Positions 23,906 through 38,600 of a DNA stretch of 64,000 bases are shown here, in pieces. The DNA comes from Psilocybe cubensis (Eukaryota). The notes beneath the pieces are model-generated. The model did not search any database, was not told the DNA's origin, and was given only the letters and a program-made list of their open reading frames with translations. The number at the start of each line of letters is the position of its first letter. The stretch's first letter is position 1. Made by a program: the position numbers and the translations under genes. Where the stretch lies: positions 1,922,001 to 1,986,000 of the forward strand of contig CM039003.1 of assembly GCA_017499595.2 (NCBI GenBank), given 5' to 3'.

Positions 23906-25269
23906 TCAAGGGATATTTAACCGACAAACCGTGCCGCCTCCAGTGCTGCCATCGAATAAAAAGAAATTGGCGATAGGGGGGTCACGCCCTCCGAGTGCCT
24001 TTAAAATATCCTGAGCCAGAACCCCACCAACTATCGCACACACAGGAGAGAATTCGTGGCTTGCAGTTATTGACAATGATCTTTAAATATTGTTTTATCA
24101 ATCTCTTAGTATCCAAAACAAGACTAAAAGGCACCTACTCGATAACGCTCCGAGGTTCGGTTGGAAGAATCTGCTTGTTCACATCCGCTTCGGAAATAAA
24201 TTTATTGGCAAGAGCCTCCAGTTCTTCTGTTTGGTTGATTTCTGTGGGCAAATGGCCATGCACAGCCTGAAATTGCCAAATAGCTACAACATGTTTAGTA
24301 CACCCAGGATAACTAGAGAAAAAAAATTACCGAGTATCGCGAAAAAAAGAGCTGGATTCACTTCTTTTGTCTGTCGTTTACTAAGGCCGCTCCATCGGTA
24401 GCCAATGGCCGAAGAAAGTGGGGTATAAACAGTAGTCGCCTTCACACTTCTTGGTTGCTCCTTTGGAGCAGAACGATCCCTGGTCAAATTTGAGTTGGAT
24501 TTTCGGCTATTCAAAAAATATCTCTCACGGAGCCAAGTAATCATGACTGAGAAGGTCGCAAAATATATAGCCATTTAGCCCATAAGTGCCACCAGCGTAG
24601 AAAGGTTTTGAATGCTTTCGACAGAGTTCATTCAATTTGATCTGAGGAAGAGAGCAGACTTTTCAGAAAACATGGAAAAGTAGGATTGCAATTGACTCAC
24701 AAGATTATCTCTATCCCAATCAGCTACGCACACAAGGTCAACATCTTTTACAAGGGACTCAAGACGTTCGCCTTCCGCAAATGCTTTGTCTGTTACAATC
24801 TCCACGGTCACAAGGGGGTTAAGACTTTCAATCCTAGATTTGGCAACGTCGAGTCTCTGTGCAAGCGTTGTAACCGAGAAATTACCACTGTATATCCGCC
24901 CTGACGTTGGAAAAACCTTACATTGAGACCCACGTCTCCATCTCTGAAGAAGAAACCAGCACCAAGGTCCTCTTCGCTGACATTTTCTCCATCTACTATT
25001 ATCAGTTTCCCAATGCCTGCCAGAACCATATTTTTGATAGCTTCTGTGGTTACACCTCGAAGGTTTAACACCAAGATGGTGGCATTTCTCATTCTAAACG
25101 TATAACCATTAGCGAAATATAAAATTCACACAGGTTTATCATACCTTTGCTGAGCTTCGATACCCCAAAGCCTCATTTGCCTATCATATCGAGTAGCTTC
25201 TTCTTCCGTCAAATCCAGGGATGGATTGGGTTGCGTGTTGTCTGTTTCTGAATTTTGAAGAACACTCAT
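23906..25269 (-). CDS. AOS1: SUMO-activating enzyme E1 subunit Aos1/SAE1
   Basis: EEEATRYDRQMRLWGIEAQQRMRNATIL...EAIKNMVLAGIG; C-terminal VCAIVGGVLAQDILKAL..NFFLFDG. Confidence 0.88.
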
Positions 25270-25736
25270 TGTGGTGTTGAATTACTGTATAAGAATGGTT
25301 GAATGCACAGATTTCTCAGGAAACAATTAGACCTCGGAAAAACTGCAAAAGAGACGATTTGGATTTGGGGAGATGACACCGAATGACAGGAAAGGTAAAC
25401 GCGTTTAAGTAATATAATTGTCCAAACGCGTATTAAAGAGCCACCGTCGGCCTTTGCCGGCAAATCATTCAAGACAGGAACAGGTAGAACTTGAAATTGT
25501 TTTCATTTTCATGTTCACGTTCAATATCCGTGAAATTGGTGAAGGTCGTACAGTAGTAAGTGATCAGTAAATACGTGGATGCTACAATGTTTTATAAGTC
25601 GACGTCGAAGAATACATGATGATGTGGTAGAGGTGGGTATACTATGCAGAGGCATTAAAGCTGAGATTCGCAAGCCTGAGATTCAGTAACGAAATGTACA
25701 AAACAAATATAGAAATAAAAAGTTAATAATATTGTA

Positions 25737-28666
25737 TCACACCATCATACCATCGCCACTGGAGTTGCCGTCTCTGTCATCGTCCAATCTACAGAATCAC
25801 AAAGCAATGAGCATAACCTTCGACTTGAAAAAATGAGAGAGCAACTTACAAATAATTCCTTTCGATTTCAGAAAGAATGCTTAAAAAGTCCCCTGCGGTA
25901 GTTCCCTCAGCTATGTATAATGATATTTGTAAATTTAAGACTCACATAAATAAGCATGTGCACGAGCTGCAGATGCAGGCGCCGTTTCAGCCTTCCGCAC
26001 AGCATCCAACAACGTTGATGCAACAAATCTGACTTTGTGCACCTAGAAGGAACATTAGGATCAGATTAACCTAAGCAGGAAATGAAAACCTACCAAACTG
26101 GGACCATTGGTTGCAATTGACTGGATGGGTATGCTGCAATGCGAACTGATTAATATCTGGACAGACAAAGCTGAAATCTTCTCACCTATGCAAGATGTTC
26201 AAAAGGTCGCTGGCAACGGCTTCTCTGTCTTCCGCTACTTGATGCTCATCAAGATTTCCTTGTAGTGCCATGATAAGTTCGTCACGATATTGTTCGATAA
26301 CAAATCGAACAAGTTGCTTTAATAAGAAAAAGATCAGTACATCATTTACAATGCATAAATAGAGTGTTCGGCTCGTACTTGAGTGACATAGAGATTAGCT
26401 TGCATCACAAGGAAAGGGTTGAGGGCATTAGCCCGCGAGGCATTGGGATTGTCGAAAAAGTCTTTGACCTCGGCGAAAGTAGCCTGGCGGAAACCGGCGC
26501 CGCCATACTCAGGCGGTACGTTCGGTTGGCTGGGTGTTTGTTTCAGTCGCAAAGGCTCCGGAGTATGGCTGAGGGCGGTCAATATTCTCGCCTGTAGTGA
26601 CTGGACCTCTTCAAGCCTGGCTGTTGCAAATTGCCCTTGAGGCGGTGACCGCTTGTCAACTCGGATACGGACAAGTATTTCTCCCAAAAGAGCAAATATC
26701 CTTGACGTGTAGTTGAGACCGGAGACAATGGCGGTTTTTCCGTGGGGCTGCGGTAAATATGCACTGGGAGTGATACTAGAATGGCAGTTACATCATTAGA
26801 GCGGAGATTCATCGGTATGTAGTTAAATGACATACTATTCATCGTCCAACTCTTTTGGGAAGTGGACTGTACAATCTTCGTCTCGTAGACATATCGGGCG
26901 ACCCAGGAGAATAGACATTGATTTGTCAGCTACACCGTAATGTCAATACTTCTGCTTCGTAGAGTGAGGAAAAGATAGGTATGTACCTCCAAAGAGAAGC
27001 CAGAAAGTTCGCCTACGAACTTCACACTCGATGGGATCTAGTTGGTCGTAGGAAGCCTCTTCGTGCATCCGAAGTGTCACTGCGATGTGAGCTGCCTCGC
27101 CGAAAGCAGCGTGCTGTGTGGCATCGTGTCCTTCACAGAAGTGATATACGCAGTCACTGAAAGAAGATGTGAGAAAATAAAAGAGGTTCAAGAGAGAAAT
27201 CTACTAACAAGTAACGGATTACTACGTGCATTGACGTGGGGGGATCATAAGATGCTATTGTAATATGACGACTGGCCTCATGGGCGGTCTTGACAAAACA
27301 AGTCAGAAGGAGAAAGACGAACGCAAAAAATAAAACATACCTGAGCTAGTTTCCTAACCACGGGACGTTCCATGGGCAGGTAAGACCGAGGCACCTGGAC
27401 TAAAGTAGATGCTACTGTAGACATGACCAAAGCAAAGAAAAGGGGGTCTCTTTCTTCTCGTCGTGAATGTAGGTCTGCCATAAAAGAGGGTTTGTGGACA
27501 CATGGAGTCAAAGGATATACAAAATCGAAAAACAGAGCAATAATCAAAGATATAGTGTCTCTGGGTGCAATTTCTTCAAGTCGCCGTGGCCTGTAATAAT
27601 ATGATAGCGGGGGAACAGTGGTAGGAACGGGAACGGGCAGAACTTGATGTTGTTTATAGGACCAGTTGTAGAGTGGATAAGTACTGAACGAATCCGAAGG
27701 AGACGGGGCATAAGGTTGCTCTTCAGATTTCGGCTGAGCCTGATTATGTGGATGCAGAACTCCATGGCCGTTTGATTCAGAGGATCTGGGGCCGTTATAA
27801 GACGAAGATGGCACGCTATTCTGCTGCTGTGAGTAATGGGAGTGATAGGTGTCGGCGGCAATTGGGTATCGTGACGGAGGCATCGGAACGGAGGGGATGG
27901 AGGGGTGTTGATTCAGAGATGGCTCCAAGAAACTCCTCGGCGGACTCTTCGATCCTATACTGGGCGATACCATACTCTGAGGCGGGCTTGCAATGGTAGA
28001 AATGGGTGACGAAGCGATCTCTGCGTCGGGAACATTGTCTTGCGCGGTAGGACCTCCGGCTGCGGCTGCGGCTGCTTCTTGGAGCCGTCGGAGGTATCTA
28101 GAGGATATGTCAAGACACGCTGGCAGAAAACTGTCTGTAGAGCACGCACAGATTGGGCGGACCCCGCTTTTTCGGTTGATAGTCATAGGTGCATGGAATG
28201 CCTAGAGTGATACAGTGTTTGCAAGACTGTTTCGGGTCATCAGGATTCTCCCTGGCGCATCGAACTTTGCGCGCTCGACAGGCATCGCAGCCTGGATGAA
28301 AAATTCAGTTTTTTTATCTGACAGGAGAGAAATGGACGCGAACTTTGTGATTGTCTCCTAAGCGCAGGGGAAAAGAAAAGTCAGCACTGGAGTGAAAATT
28401 GAAAATGAAAGGAAATAACATGGAGAACAGTAAGATAAATGTCGAGAATGATAGAATGGAAGACAAATGCGGGGGAGAAGCTACGTGGGGGAGTGCGGGG
28501 TGAAGAAGGGCGAGAGGGCGGTTGAAAGGGGTGCGGTGAAAAGTCGGAGAATCAGGACATACTTTCTCTTGCTCTTGCTGTTTTCGGAGAGTGATTCCTT
28601 GAGATGGCCATCGTCGGAAGGGGGCGTGGCTGAAATATTCTCTTTCTTTGGTCGAGCAGCAGGCAT
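25737..28666 (-). CDS. Zn(II)2Cys6 transcription factor with fungal-specific TF domain
   Basis: CDACRARKVRC..SCKHCITLGIPCTYD..KKRGP; FFDFVYPLTPCVHKPSF; EVRRRTFWLLF. Includes a 14-nt microexon at 28344-28357. Confidence 0.92.
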
Positions 28667-30344
28667 GATCGTGTGGAGGACCGTATTTTAGAACGAGAGA
28701 GATGTGGGGTAGAGAAAGCTTGGTTTTCTCTTGAGCCGCGTACTTTTGAACTGATTGTCTGTTTGTTGTCCCGTGGCAACTTGTTTGCAGTTCGGGCGCT
28801 TTCGAAACTCAAAACTTCTTTCAATAATTTATATCAGGATGACCGCACTTTTGAAGAGACTGCACAGTGTCGGCTTTGCGCATGGCGGCCCAACATGAAG
28901 AGACATCACGAGAACACCCAGGTTCACACTCCGTCCACATTCGGCAAAATCCCGGACTCAATCTTGACCCGGCCAGCTGGCGACTTCTCCTCACAGATCT
29001 CCGGTATTTTTTGTCATGTCCTTGGGGTCTGTTCCGCGGATCCTCTTTCTCCATACCACCCACGTGAACGACACTCTTTGCTAAATATAACCACTCAAAG
29101 TCCGATGTTAGTTGCTCAACTTCTGACGTGGGTCGCGTTGTGTGATATGATCATCCGATATGGTACACCGTCTGTCTCGGGCTGGTCTCTCGAGTCAAAA
29201 ATGTCAACAGCGTCATTGCATATGTCTTCCGGTGCAGGAATGTCGTTGCCAGTTACGACTCCATCATAAAGACTCCTCTGGAATGACGCCGCAGGTTTTC
29301 CATGCTTGTGAATACCGTTTGGTTCAGAGGCATTGCAGCTTCTGGTCAATGTATTTTTAGGAATGCGTACTGTTTAACGAAATTCTGGAATAGCAATTAG
29401 AGTGCAACAAAGCGGCAGCTAACAAGGTCTCTTGCCTGATAGCATATGACTCAGTCAGGTGCAGACGAACAGTCAAACAACTATGGCCCCCGACTTTGCT
29501 ACAAAAACCATCAGCCAAGTTGTCGAAAGCAAAGAAACGATCGATCAGCAATACACCAACAAGCCAGGTACATATTCTCTGCAATCTTCGCAGTACCTTT
29601 TGTCGATAGCTTCGCTCGCTAGGTGTTGGTGCGAGCGGTCTGTTGTCTTCCTGTCAAATGAAAGAAATTTAATGCTGATACCTTCTGCTAAAGAGGATTC
29701 ATCTATATCAAAAGACAGGCATCCGTCGCTTTTTACTCTGCGAGGTGAATGGATAGTTGTCGTCTATTCTTCGGAAACCTAGTAGATATGGTAATGAAAT
29801 CCATTATACTCCGCGTCTGATCACAAGCAAAGATCGAACTCGGCGACATAATTAGTTTTTCCCCATCTTTCTAAATTGCACTGCTCTATTTTTCATCTTC
29901 GAGGATGTTTACTATATCTAAATAAATAGATAAAAGACATGCTGTGTAGTACGGTCGTAAGAATTTCAACCAGCGACAAGTTTCTTCGAAACACTAATCG
30001 GGTAAGAGTAAGAATTGTCAGTATAATACCACATTAACAGTCATTCGCATAGTATACGAGACACAGCGTTGCTGCTACAGACCGAGACTTTCAGATTATC
30101 TGGGCAAAGTCGAAAACATGATAGAGTTCCAAAGTTGGGTCTTGACAAAAGGTGACGGACCATTAATTTCCTCTTTAGGACGACGCGACAACAAGCAAAG
30201 CCAAACAAAGGTCGTCGTGTTATTGCACCCGCGCAACCATCAACTGGGCTATGATCAGCAAACCGTGACCTTCGTGCATCCCTCTCTAAATCCCAAGTTG
30301 AACACATTCTACACTTTCTTGAATTTATACCTTCACCTTTTCAA

Positions 30345-31490
30345 ATGGGCGCTGGACAGTCTACTTCTCAATCACACGTACCGACACGCGGTCTCCACGT
30401 ACTCAGAGTTACCCCTTCCTCTCCAGCCTTCCACTCAAACATTGAACCCTTTTTCGATTTTGTAGTCGGGTTCGAAGGGGACTCACTATCAGAAGAAAAT
30501 GCTATCGATGCCTCAGAGCTGGAGAGAATCGTCGAAAGTCACGAAAACCGGACTTTGAATCTGCTCGTCTGGAACAGCAAGAGTCAACTTACAAGAGGTA
30601 GATCGCGTCGTTTCCAAAGAGCTTGCACCAAGAAGGCTGATTTTTTGTAGTCGTGCCTATAACTCCTTCTAGAGTATGGTCTCAGCAACAAATCAACCCG
30701 AACGAGTCGCAAAATTCTGAATCTCTCTCTCAACCATCGCTTTTAGGCCTCAGTATGCGCCTATGCCAACCAGAGACGGCATCTGACAATGTATGGCACG
30801 TACTAGACGTCATAGAAGGAAGTCCAGCGGAAAGTGCTGGCCTTGTGCCAATGGGCGATTGGATACTTGGCTGGTCTGGAGGTGTATTGACCGCTGAAAA
30901 TGACTTCTATGATCTTGTTGAAGCCGTATGATTTTCCTTTTCCGAGTGCTGCTCTGCATCTAATTTTCTTTCACAGCACATCGACAAACCCCTTCGAGTT
31001 TACGTCTACTCGTACGATTTTGAGTTCGTTAATCCATTACTTGCTTGAATAAGCGGATCACTCACAAGGCGTTATAGCACACTTAGAGAGGTTGTCCTTA
31101 TACCCAATCGACATTGGGGTGGAGATGGTCTCTTGGGTTGTGTGTTCGGGTGCGCAATTATCATATAGACAAAATTGTTTGTGCTTTCGGCCACTTCTAA
31201 CCTTTCAATGTAGATTCGGACTTTTACACAGGATACCACCTCAACCTGAAGATCGCGTCCCTGGCACAATACCCCCAGAGCTCCAAGAAATGGGGGATGA
31301 ATACGGCCACCAGGATCTGTTCGTGCCCGCGGATATTGACGAAAGTCAGCACACGCAGGGCCGCATTGCAAATCGGCAACACAATTCATGGTACCAAGAT
31401 TCTATACCCAAGTCAAACGATGCCCATGGAGAAACTCGGGCTGTTCACAAGCAACACTCTCATGATCATGGAGGCTCCAGCCTTCAATAG
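30345..31490 (+). CDS. GRH1: GRASP55/65 Golgi reassembly-stacking protein
   Basis: MGAGQS with possible myristoylated Gly2; GLHVLRV..IEPFFDFVVG; WHVLDVIEGSPAESAGL; WGGDGLLGC; GLLHRIP. Confidence 0.9.
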
Positions 31491-32926
31491 CTTGTCATCG
31501 TCTCAGACATGGACGTAAAACATAGTTCATTGCTCTCCCTAGCCCTTTCTCTGTACCCCTTTCCCTGTCGCTGGATAACCTCCCATTCTTTGACAGATAA
31601 AGATGTCATTCACAGCCAGATCTAAACGGACCTACCAAGATCGCTTTGCTCCATCACAGCGATATCATCACACTCCGCATGCGCGCTCAAAGCTGAACCA
31701 AAGGTTTAACTTTGTTGCGTCGTAATGTTTTGTGACTGTATCAAGGGAATATTGCAAGTAATGACGAGCAAACCGATCTTCGGATATAATCAAAAAGACA
31801 TTTTCAGCGGTTTATTGAATCGCATGTCAAATGACTTCACCTTCCATTGGCCAAAGTATTTAACCTTGCGGCTTCTATCATTTGAAATGTGCATTTGATT
31901 CATTGTCATGCTGAGGTACAAGGGACTATAGTGGGCAACGTATATGCCTCAATGAACGATAAAAAGGCTACCAATTCTTCTCAATGATCAGCCCATTCCG
32001 GGTAGACCGCTAAGTTCTTCGCGCACAAGGACAAAATTTGTTTTTCGTCTGTTACATTTGCGATAGCGGATTCGCGGGTCCAGTGGAAGTTAGTGTTTGC
32101 ATGTTTTGCTTCCAGTTCCACGTGTTATTCATGAATATGATGAACACTTGATGAAGTCACAAGAATCCTTTCTTTTGTTTAAGACCAAAGTTAGGACGCC
32201 GGGTTCTATGAACGAACAACGTAAACTGCGAACTCTAACGTCCAATAGCTACTTCTACACTGTATACCCTATACGGAGGATACGTGGAACTATTTCCAGG
32301 TGGAACTTCCAAGATTCATCTTCATTCATTGCTAATAATTCTATCAGGTTGACCTTAAGATCACTTCTCTCTACATTTGTGTTCCAGCGAAGTTGCGCTA
32401 AAGCCAAGGGTTTCGAGGACACTCTCTTCAGATATGATTGGGTATTCTAGTATTTTCCATCGAATATTGGAGCGCGAATGGCATCCTGTGACATACATGA
32501 AAGACTCATGGAACGTTGAACTGGAAGAGCTCATCCGACATATTGAGATTAATCTGCGTCTCAAATCTAATCAACTCTATGTTTTCTTCTTGTCTTCGGC
32601 TGTTGTGAACTTTGGCGTGAAAACTTTAGAGTCTAGCTTGTTGATTGATTCTGGGGTGCCAATGATTTTCAATGGAATACAACTACATGAGTTTCCCAAA
32701 AATCGACTCTCCTCTACCTCCCAGGATTGATATCAATTACTATCAACGTCGTGGGCGGTATTTCTGGAGATAATTTTCTGGGTTCAAATTATATTTACGA
32801 CTCTGTTCAACTGTTCCAAACCACTTTGACAGACGCAGTGAAAGTAGCTCAGATAATTGGGGAACACTTTTACACGTAACGAGGAAGTGACAAGTTGGAT
32901 TAATAAAGTATATCACATAGCCGACA

Positions 32927-35255
32927 CTAGGTGTCTATGGCTTTAGGAGATGTTGAGGTCCCAGAACCAGTACTGGGATTAAACTCTAAGCTTTGAGCAA
33001 TCAAAGGCCATACTGATCAATGACGCCAATGAGATATTGTCGGCAAGATGAAGAACAAAGAACTCAAACCTTCTTCGAAACCAGGATGCCTTCCATTCCT
33101 AATTTGCAGCCATACATTTTTCATGGTCTCGGAGGCACGAATTTCATGCCAGTGAGACAGAAAAAATTCTACCTCCACCTGTTCTTTGTAAGATGTTTGA
33201 AGCTCAGAAAGTTTGAATGAGATCATTAACCTTGCGTATTGCTTCAAATGCTGCGGCAAAAGGCGAAAAGACTTCATATCCGATGTTGTCAACAGTTAAA
33301 GACTTCAGGATATGCTTGAAAGAAAAGGTCAGCATTTTCAACCATATTCACGGTTGACATACTTGAGCAGCGCGTTCTTTTAAGTCGCTCATATCAAGTC
33401 CTATACTCCGTTGAGTAGTCAGCCCAAAATGATAGGCGTAATTACATACTATCAGCAATTCTGTACATAGATTTAGCTGAACATGGAGCTGGCCTTCCAG
33501 GATTTGCAGCCATCCACTCTTTGATCCATTCGGCTCGCGAAGATGATTGATCCCTAGAAGATATGCGCTTTGCTCCAGGAACTTGGCATCCCTCTGACGG
33601 TGTAGAAGGAATGCTTTCAGATGGGGGAAGGGTGCCATCTTGCGGCATTGCGAGAAATGATGAAGACAAAGGGGCAAAAACAATGTTATTTGTATAGATC
33701 TATCTCATGATTAATGAGTTTAGCTGGAAAGAAAGACGATTACTCACGTAATACAGCATGGCACGATAGGTGTTGTAAGCAGCATCACGAACAACGATTG
33801 TCATCTTGGGAGGTACGCTGGCAATGGTCTCTTGAATTGATTTGACAGGTTCGGAAAATGGCTCGGTCGGAGGGCTAGCGAAATGAGCTTCAGATATGGT
33901 GGATTGTGTCTCTGATCTATCGCCATCCTCCGTGTTAGAGTCGGGCAGAGACAGAGCGAAGTCGTCTGTCCCGTCTGAACTTGATAACCGACGGCTCCTG
34001 GACTCCGAAAATTCTTCGTCATCGTTATCAGAGTCCTCAAATTCATCAAGAATCATATTGAGCCGCCGATGGCTTCGCCTTGATGTATGTGAGATTGTTT
34101 GCGGTGTTCCAATTGATTGCTCCAGGGGATCGGAAACGCCTTCAGCGAAGTTGGAATTAAACACTTGTAATTGTCATTAATGGCTTCCGGTCGACGTGGT
34201 ATAGTCACAGAACCTACTGGTTTCGAAATATTCAGACCGTTGAAGTAACTTCTTGGAAGCCCAAATTTTTCGGGCATTGCTGAGGCTCTGGTGTCGGTTC
34301 GGAATAATAAATTGAACATCCGAATAGAGAGGATCATCTAGCAATGATCCGACTGTGTCCAATAGAGCCTTAGGAACAGGTTGACGGGGTAAAGTTTGGC
34401 TAGGTGCGGCGGGCGATGAAGTAATGGTGCAAATTATCACAAAAGCGTCTTGGGCCTTTACTGGCAATGACTGGTAGTATACACTGTCTCTCCGAGCAAA
34501 TTGTGCCCTGTGGGATGAGCCGTCAGAATTAATACTTTAATACATTGAAAATGGGTAAGTCACCATCCCCAGTTGGCGGTCTGTGGAAAGTATGTTATCT
34601 GACCAAAGCAAAACATATAGATTGAATACTTACTTTGTACGTAAAGGAATGATTATGTGCTTCTTTAGCATTGTACAGCACATTCTTACCCACACTGAAA
34701 CAAATAACAATCAGACTGGTGTCGCGAGCATAGCTCCTTTACGACATTACTTCCTAAGCTCAAAACTGAATTTATAGACTCCTTCGCGGACCCATCTAAG
34801 GTTTCTCTTGTGAATAGAGTAAAGATAATGGCAAATTCTTCACGTGCCTTCCAGAATCTGACAGTGAAGCCTCCTTTTCTTCGACAGTGGGCTGTACGAA
34901 TGGCATATCAATCACAAACGAATCTGGCAGAAAGCAGGAGGGAGCTTTCACTCACTTCGCATGAGAGATATAGGCTCACAAATCCTCCTCCCTCTGTTCC
35001 ATCCTTTGTTGGCCCAGCGTTAGCGTAAAAGAGAATCTGTCATCGATGTAGAGCTCCAATGGGTGATAGTATGTATAATATAGTGTCGGTAGTATATACC
35101 TGCCACCTATTATTTCCAAAGCGTATGGATTTAGTGACTTTTGATTTCTTATCGCCTTTCGTTGAATCGAAAAGACTTTTGAGCCCACTAAGGGTCCACT
35201 CGAATGTAATTGAAGAGGATTCTGAATACTCCGAGTTGATGTCGATGTTATCCAT
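32927..35255 (-). CDS. MATH + BTB/POZ domain protein
   Basis: ITFEWTLSGL..FGNNRWQ (MATH); LLDDPLYSDVQFII..RSEYFE and AYNTYRAMLYY..SAKSMYRIAD (BTB). Confidence 0.85.
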
Positions 35256-35615
35256 AAAGACGAGATGATAAGTAATTCAATGCCTTATTAGATCAGATGA
35301 GGGAGGCCGACTACATGCATGATGTGGAGTAAAACCTGACTGTAGTCTGCAGTCAGTGAGGACTGAGGAGAATTAGAACTATAATAAACAGGGGTGAGCC
35401 GGAACCAATAGTTAGGTGCCAACTTCACGTGACCTATCATATAACGATGAAGGCCCGGGGACTGGCATCCGAAATGTAGGTATCATTTGTCTCTTATATT
35501 GGGCCTTCTCAACCCTTCATCTAATGAAAATCGATTTGAAGAGGTGGAGGGAGATAATTTGCTGATAACCTCATGTACATGTACATTTGATATACATGTT
35601 CCGCTAGTAATAAAA

Positions 35616-38600
35616 CTATTTCTTCGCAAGCATCTTGCGGAAATCGTCCTGACCTTTACTGCTAACATTAGGCGCAGAAGACGACGCGACAGGAGACTTT
35701 TCCTCTGCATGGGACTTTGAGGTGGGAAGAGGCTTTTTGAATCCAAGCCCGGCTTTGGGCTTTGATGGTCCGAGCTTTCTTGGCTTGAACAAAGCATTTA
35801 CCCCCTCTTGTTTCGTCGTTCCCGAGACTCGTGGGGTAGGGATATCTTCAGTGAATTCCAATGTATTGCCTCCAAATTCTATGGGTTCCGTCATGAGGAT
35901 GAGCCTTCCTGCATCCTAGAGAATATTGGTTTGAGAGGTACGCAAGAAAAGCGATTCGGGAAAACCTACTGCAGGGTTTTCCAATTCAAGCAACGCTTCT
36001 CGTTTATCCAAGAAAACTTCGAGTCTTTTGACAGGGACGATCTTTTCCAGGACTTGCTGCAAGAGACCTTCTTGCACAGCAGGAGGAAGGTTCTTGATGC
36101 GAACAGATCTATTACGAATTTCCGCGACTTTACTAATCCCAATGTCTGACCTGTAGGCCATGACATAAGTGCACACAAAGAACGTTAAGTACAAAGCCTA
36201 CCTGTGTTTTGCGCGAACGCGAGTGTCAGCTAGTGTCACTGCTAGTCGGCGTTTCTTTAGCTCATGATTATTTGCGGATAAAGCATTCTGAGCATCTTTC
36301 TAAGCAGGAAATGACCGTCAGAACAACCGGAGAGATACAAAGGGTTGACTAACCGCTTCTTCAAACTCAACAAAAGCGAATCCTCTAGCATGTCCATTGT
36401 CATCAAGTGCTATTCTGACGTCTTTCACGGTACCATACTGCATCAAAACAGTGAGCTGCTGCATTGACATGGTGGCACAGTGCTCTTACAGTAGCAAAAA
36501 GTTTTTCAAGATCATTTTTATTCGTGAACCTGCTTAAGCCAGCAACATAAACCTCCTTTTCATTTGCGTCTTGATCAGTCCTTTCTTTTTTCCGTTCTGG
36601 GTTTGAAATATAGACATTAAGAGGAAGGTTTGGCTCGAGTTCACGTCCATGCAGTTCCAGACATTTCTGGGCTGCATCCTACAAGATTTCAATCAGGGTG
36701 CGTTCACTTTGATTTGGAAAAAAACCAACAGGAGAAGTAAATTGAACATAGCAGAATCTTCGAGTATTCTTGAACTTTTTGCTCGGCCAGCGAACGTCAA
36801 ATATGGTCCCATACTAAAAATGCGCAATGAATAGGTTGTCATCCAATTGTTTATCCAAGAGATTCCGCGCTTACTTTGCCAAACAAGTCTCTAATGAAAG
36901 CATCATCCGTAGATTCAGGGAAATTAGTGACATATAGTGTCGACTTCCAAGCAAGATGAACGGAAATTTCTTGACCGAGTATCTTTTTCTTATCCTTTGT
37001 TAATGCTGCCGGTACGCTTTCCTGAAGTTTGTATTAGCAAACTAGTAAAAGGTGTAGTAGTAGTGAGGTATTACCCTGTCAGAAAATTCTACCGTGGCAA
37101 CAAGAGCAGCTGGAAGTCGTGTTATCTTTACTTCGCGAACATCACCACACTGCAGATTCCCTATGAGGTAAAGGTTTGCCAAGAAGGCAGAAGAAACATA
37201 CGTCTTTGAAAAGGTTATGAAGATCATCTTCTACGGTATCTGCGGGGAGGTCCGCCACAAAAACCGTCGAGTTTTCCCGGTCTCTGGAATAGCAGACTGT
37301 CAGTCAATGTCCTTGAAATCGTAACTTTGAGTGCACACCTTTTCAGGGGTCCAGATTTTGGTTCTGGAAGATACTTTAGGATACAGAATCAAAGCATTTC
37401 CACACAGAGGGTGCTTACCAGTGCGTGGTTTCTTGTGTGCATCTGAAGAAGGTTCTTCTTCAGCTGCTCGCTTTGTGCCTCTTTCTTGTGCCGGTTGATC
37501 AACGTCCATAGGTGTATCAGTTACCGGTCTTGTGCTGTCTGATACTGTCACTGCCGTCGGCGCAATAGCTGTCTCCAGAAAAGCTTCCGCAGCCACTATC
37601 TGTGCTTTCGCAGCTTCCTGAAGATATGTGTAGATGGCCATGTGTTGAGAATATTTTGAAAAAGGCTCTTACCTTTGCCCGCCTCATATTTGTCTGATAT
37701 TGTGCCGTCTCTATTTTGTCCAAACATGTCTCAATGTCAGAGATGGATCCATGTAGATGTTCAAACGATATCCAAGCCTCCCATATGGCTTCTGGCCAAT
37801 CTAACTGTTTAGAATGTATGTCCAAAAATGTCTTGCGAACTTCATCGAACATCTGATGTTTTCTGGTGAAATGTTGTCAGAAAGTATTCCAAAAATCAAG
37901 TAATAAAAGCCTACATCATGGCATCAGTATAATTCAGCCAAACTGAATAACTTGATTTGGAATGTTTTGCAGCAGCTTTCCAAACATCAAAAACACTGTC
38001 GACCAGTCCAACACTTTCATACTGGCTGTTGTCAAAACTTATTCCAATTATCTGAAAGAAAATTCTCACAATCGACACCAAGAACTTTTCTAATCGCAAC
38101 TTGGAGTCAATTGACTTTGATGCTGAGTTTAAATCAATGACCGTAGTTTAAAAATTGAGAAAATTATATACCTCGACGAGATAGTTCAAGGCCGCTTTCT
38201 ACTACTCCAATTAAAGTTGGTAGGATATTTTCGTCTTAACAAGACTTTGTTATTAAAGTGTTATCTTGTGAAAAAAGTTAAAACGAACCTTCACTTCCAG
38301 CCTCAAGGGTTCGTCTTTCATGAGCTCCTCGAGCTAGAACGAGGGGAATAAGTTGTTCGAGATCAGATTGCACAAGTTTCGCATCAATGGCTCGATTGTA
38401 GATTTCTATGTAATGTGAGCTACCTCCAAGAATACAGGATCGCCAAGCCAAACCTGAAATAGTCTCCGGCTCTTCAGATATCTCTTCTGAAGCACGTTCC
38501 TAGAAACCGGTCAGCTTGAAGAAATACCTCCTCAAGATATTAGGAGTTACCAAGAATCGAATGTATCTCGCCCAAACCTCGCCTGAACCTGGAACGCTCC

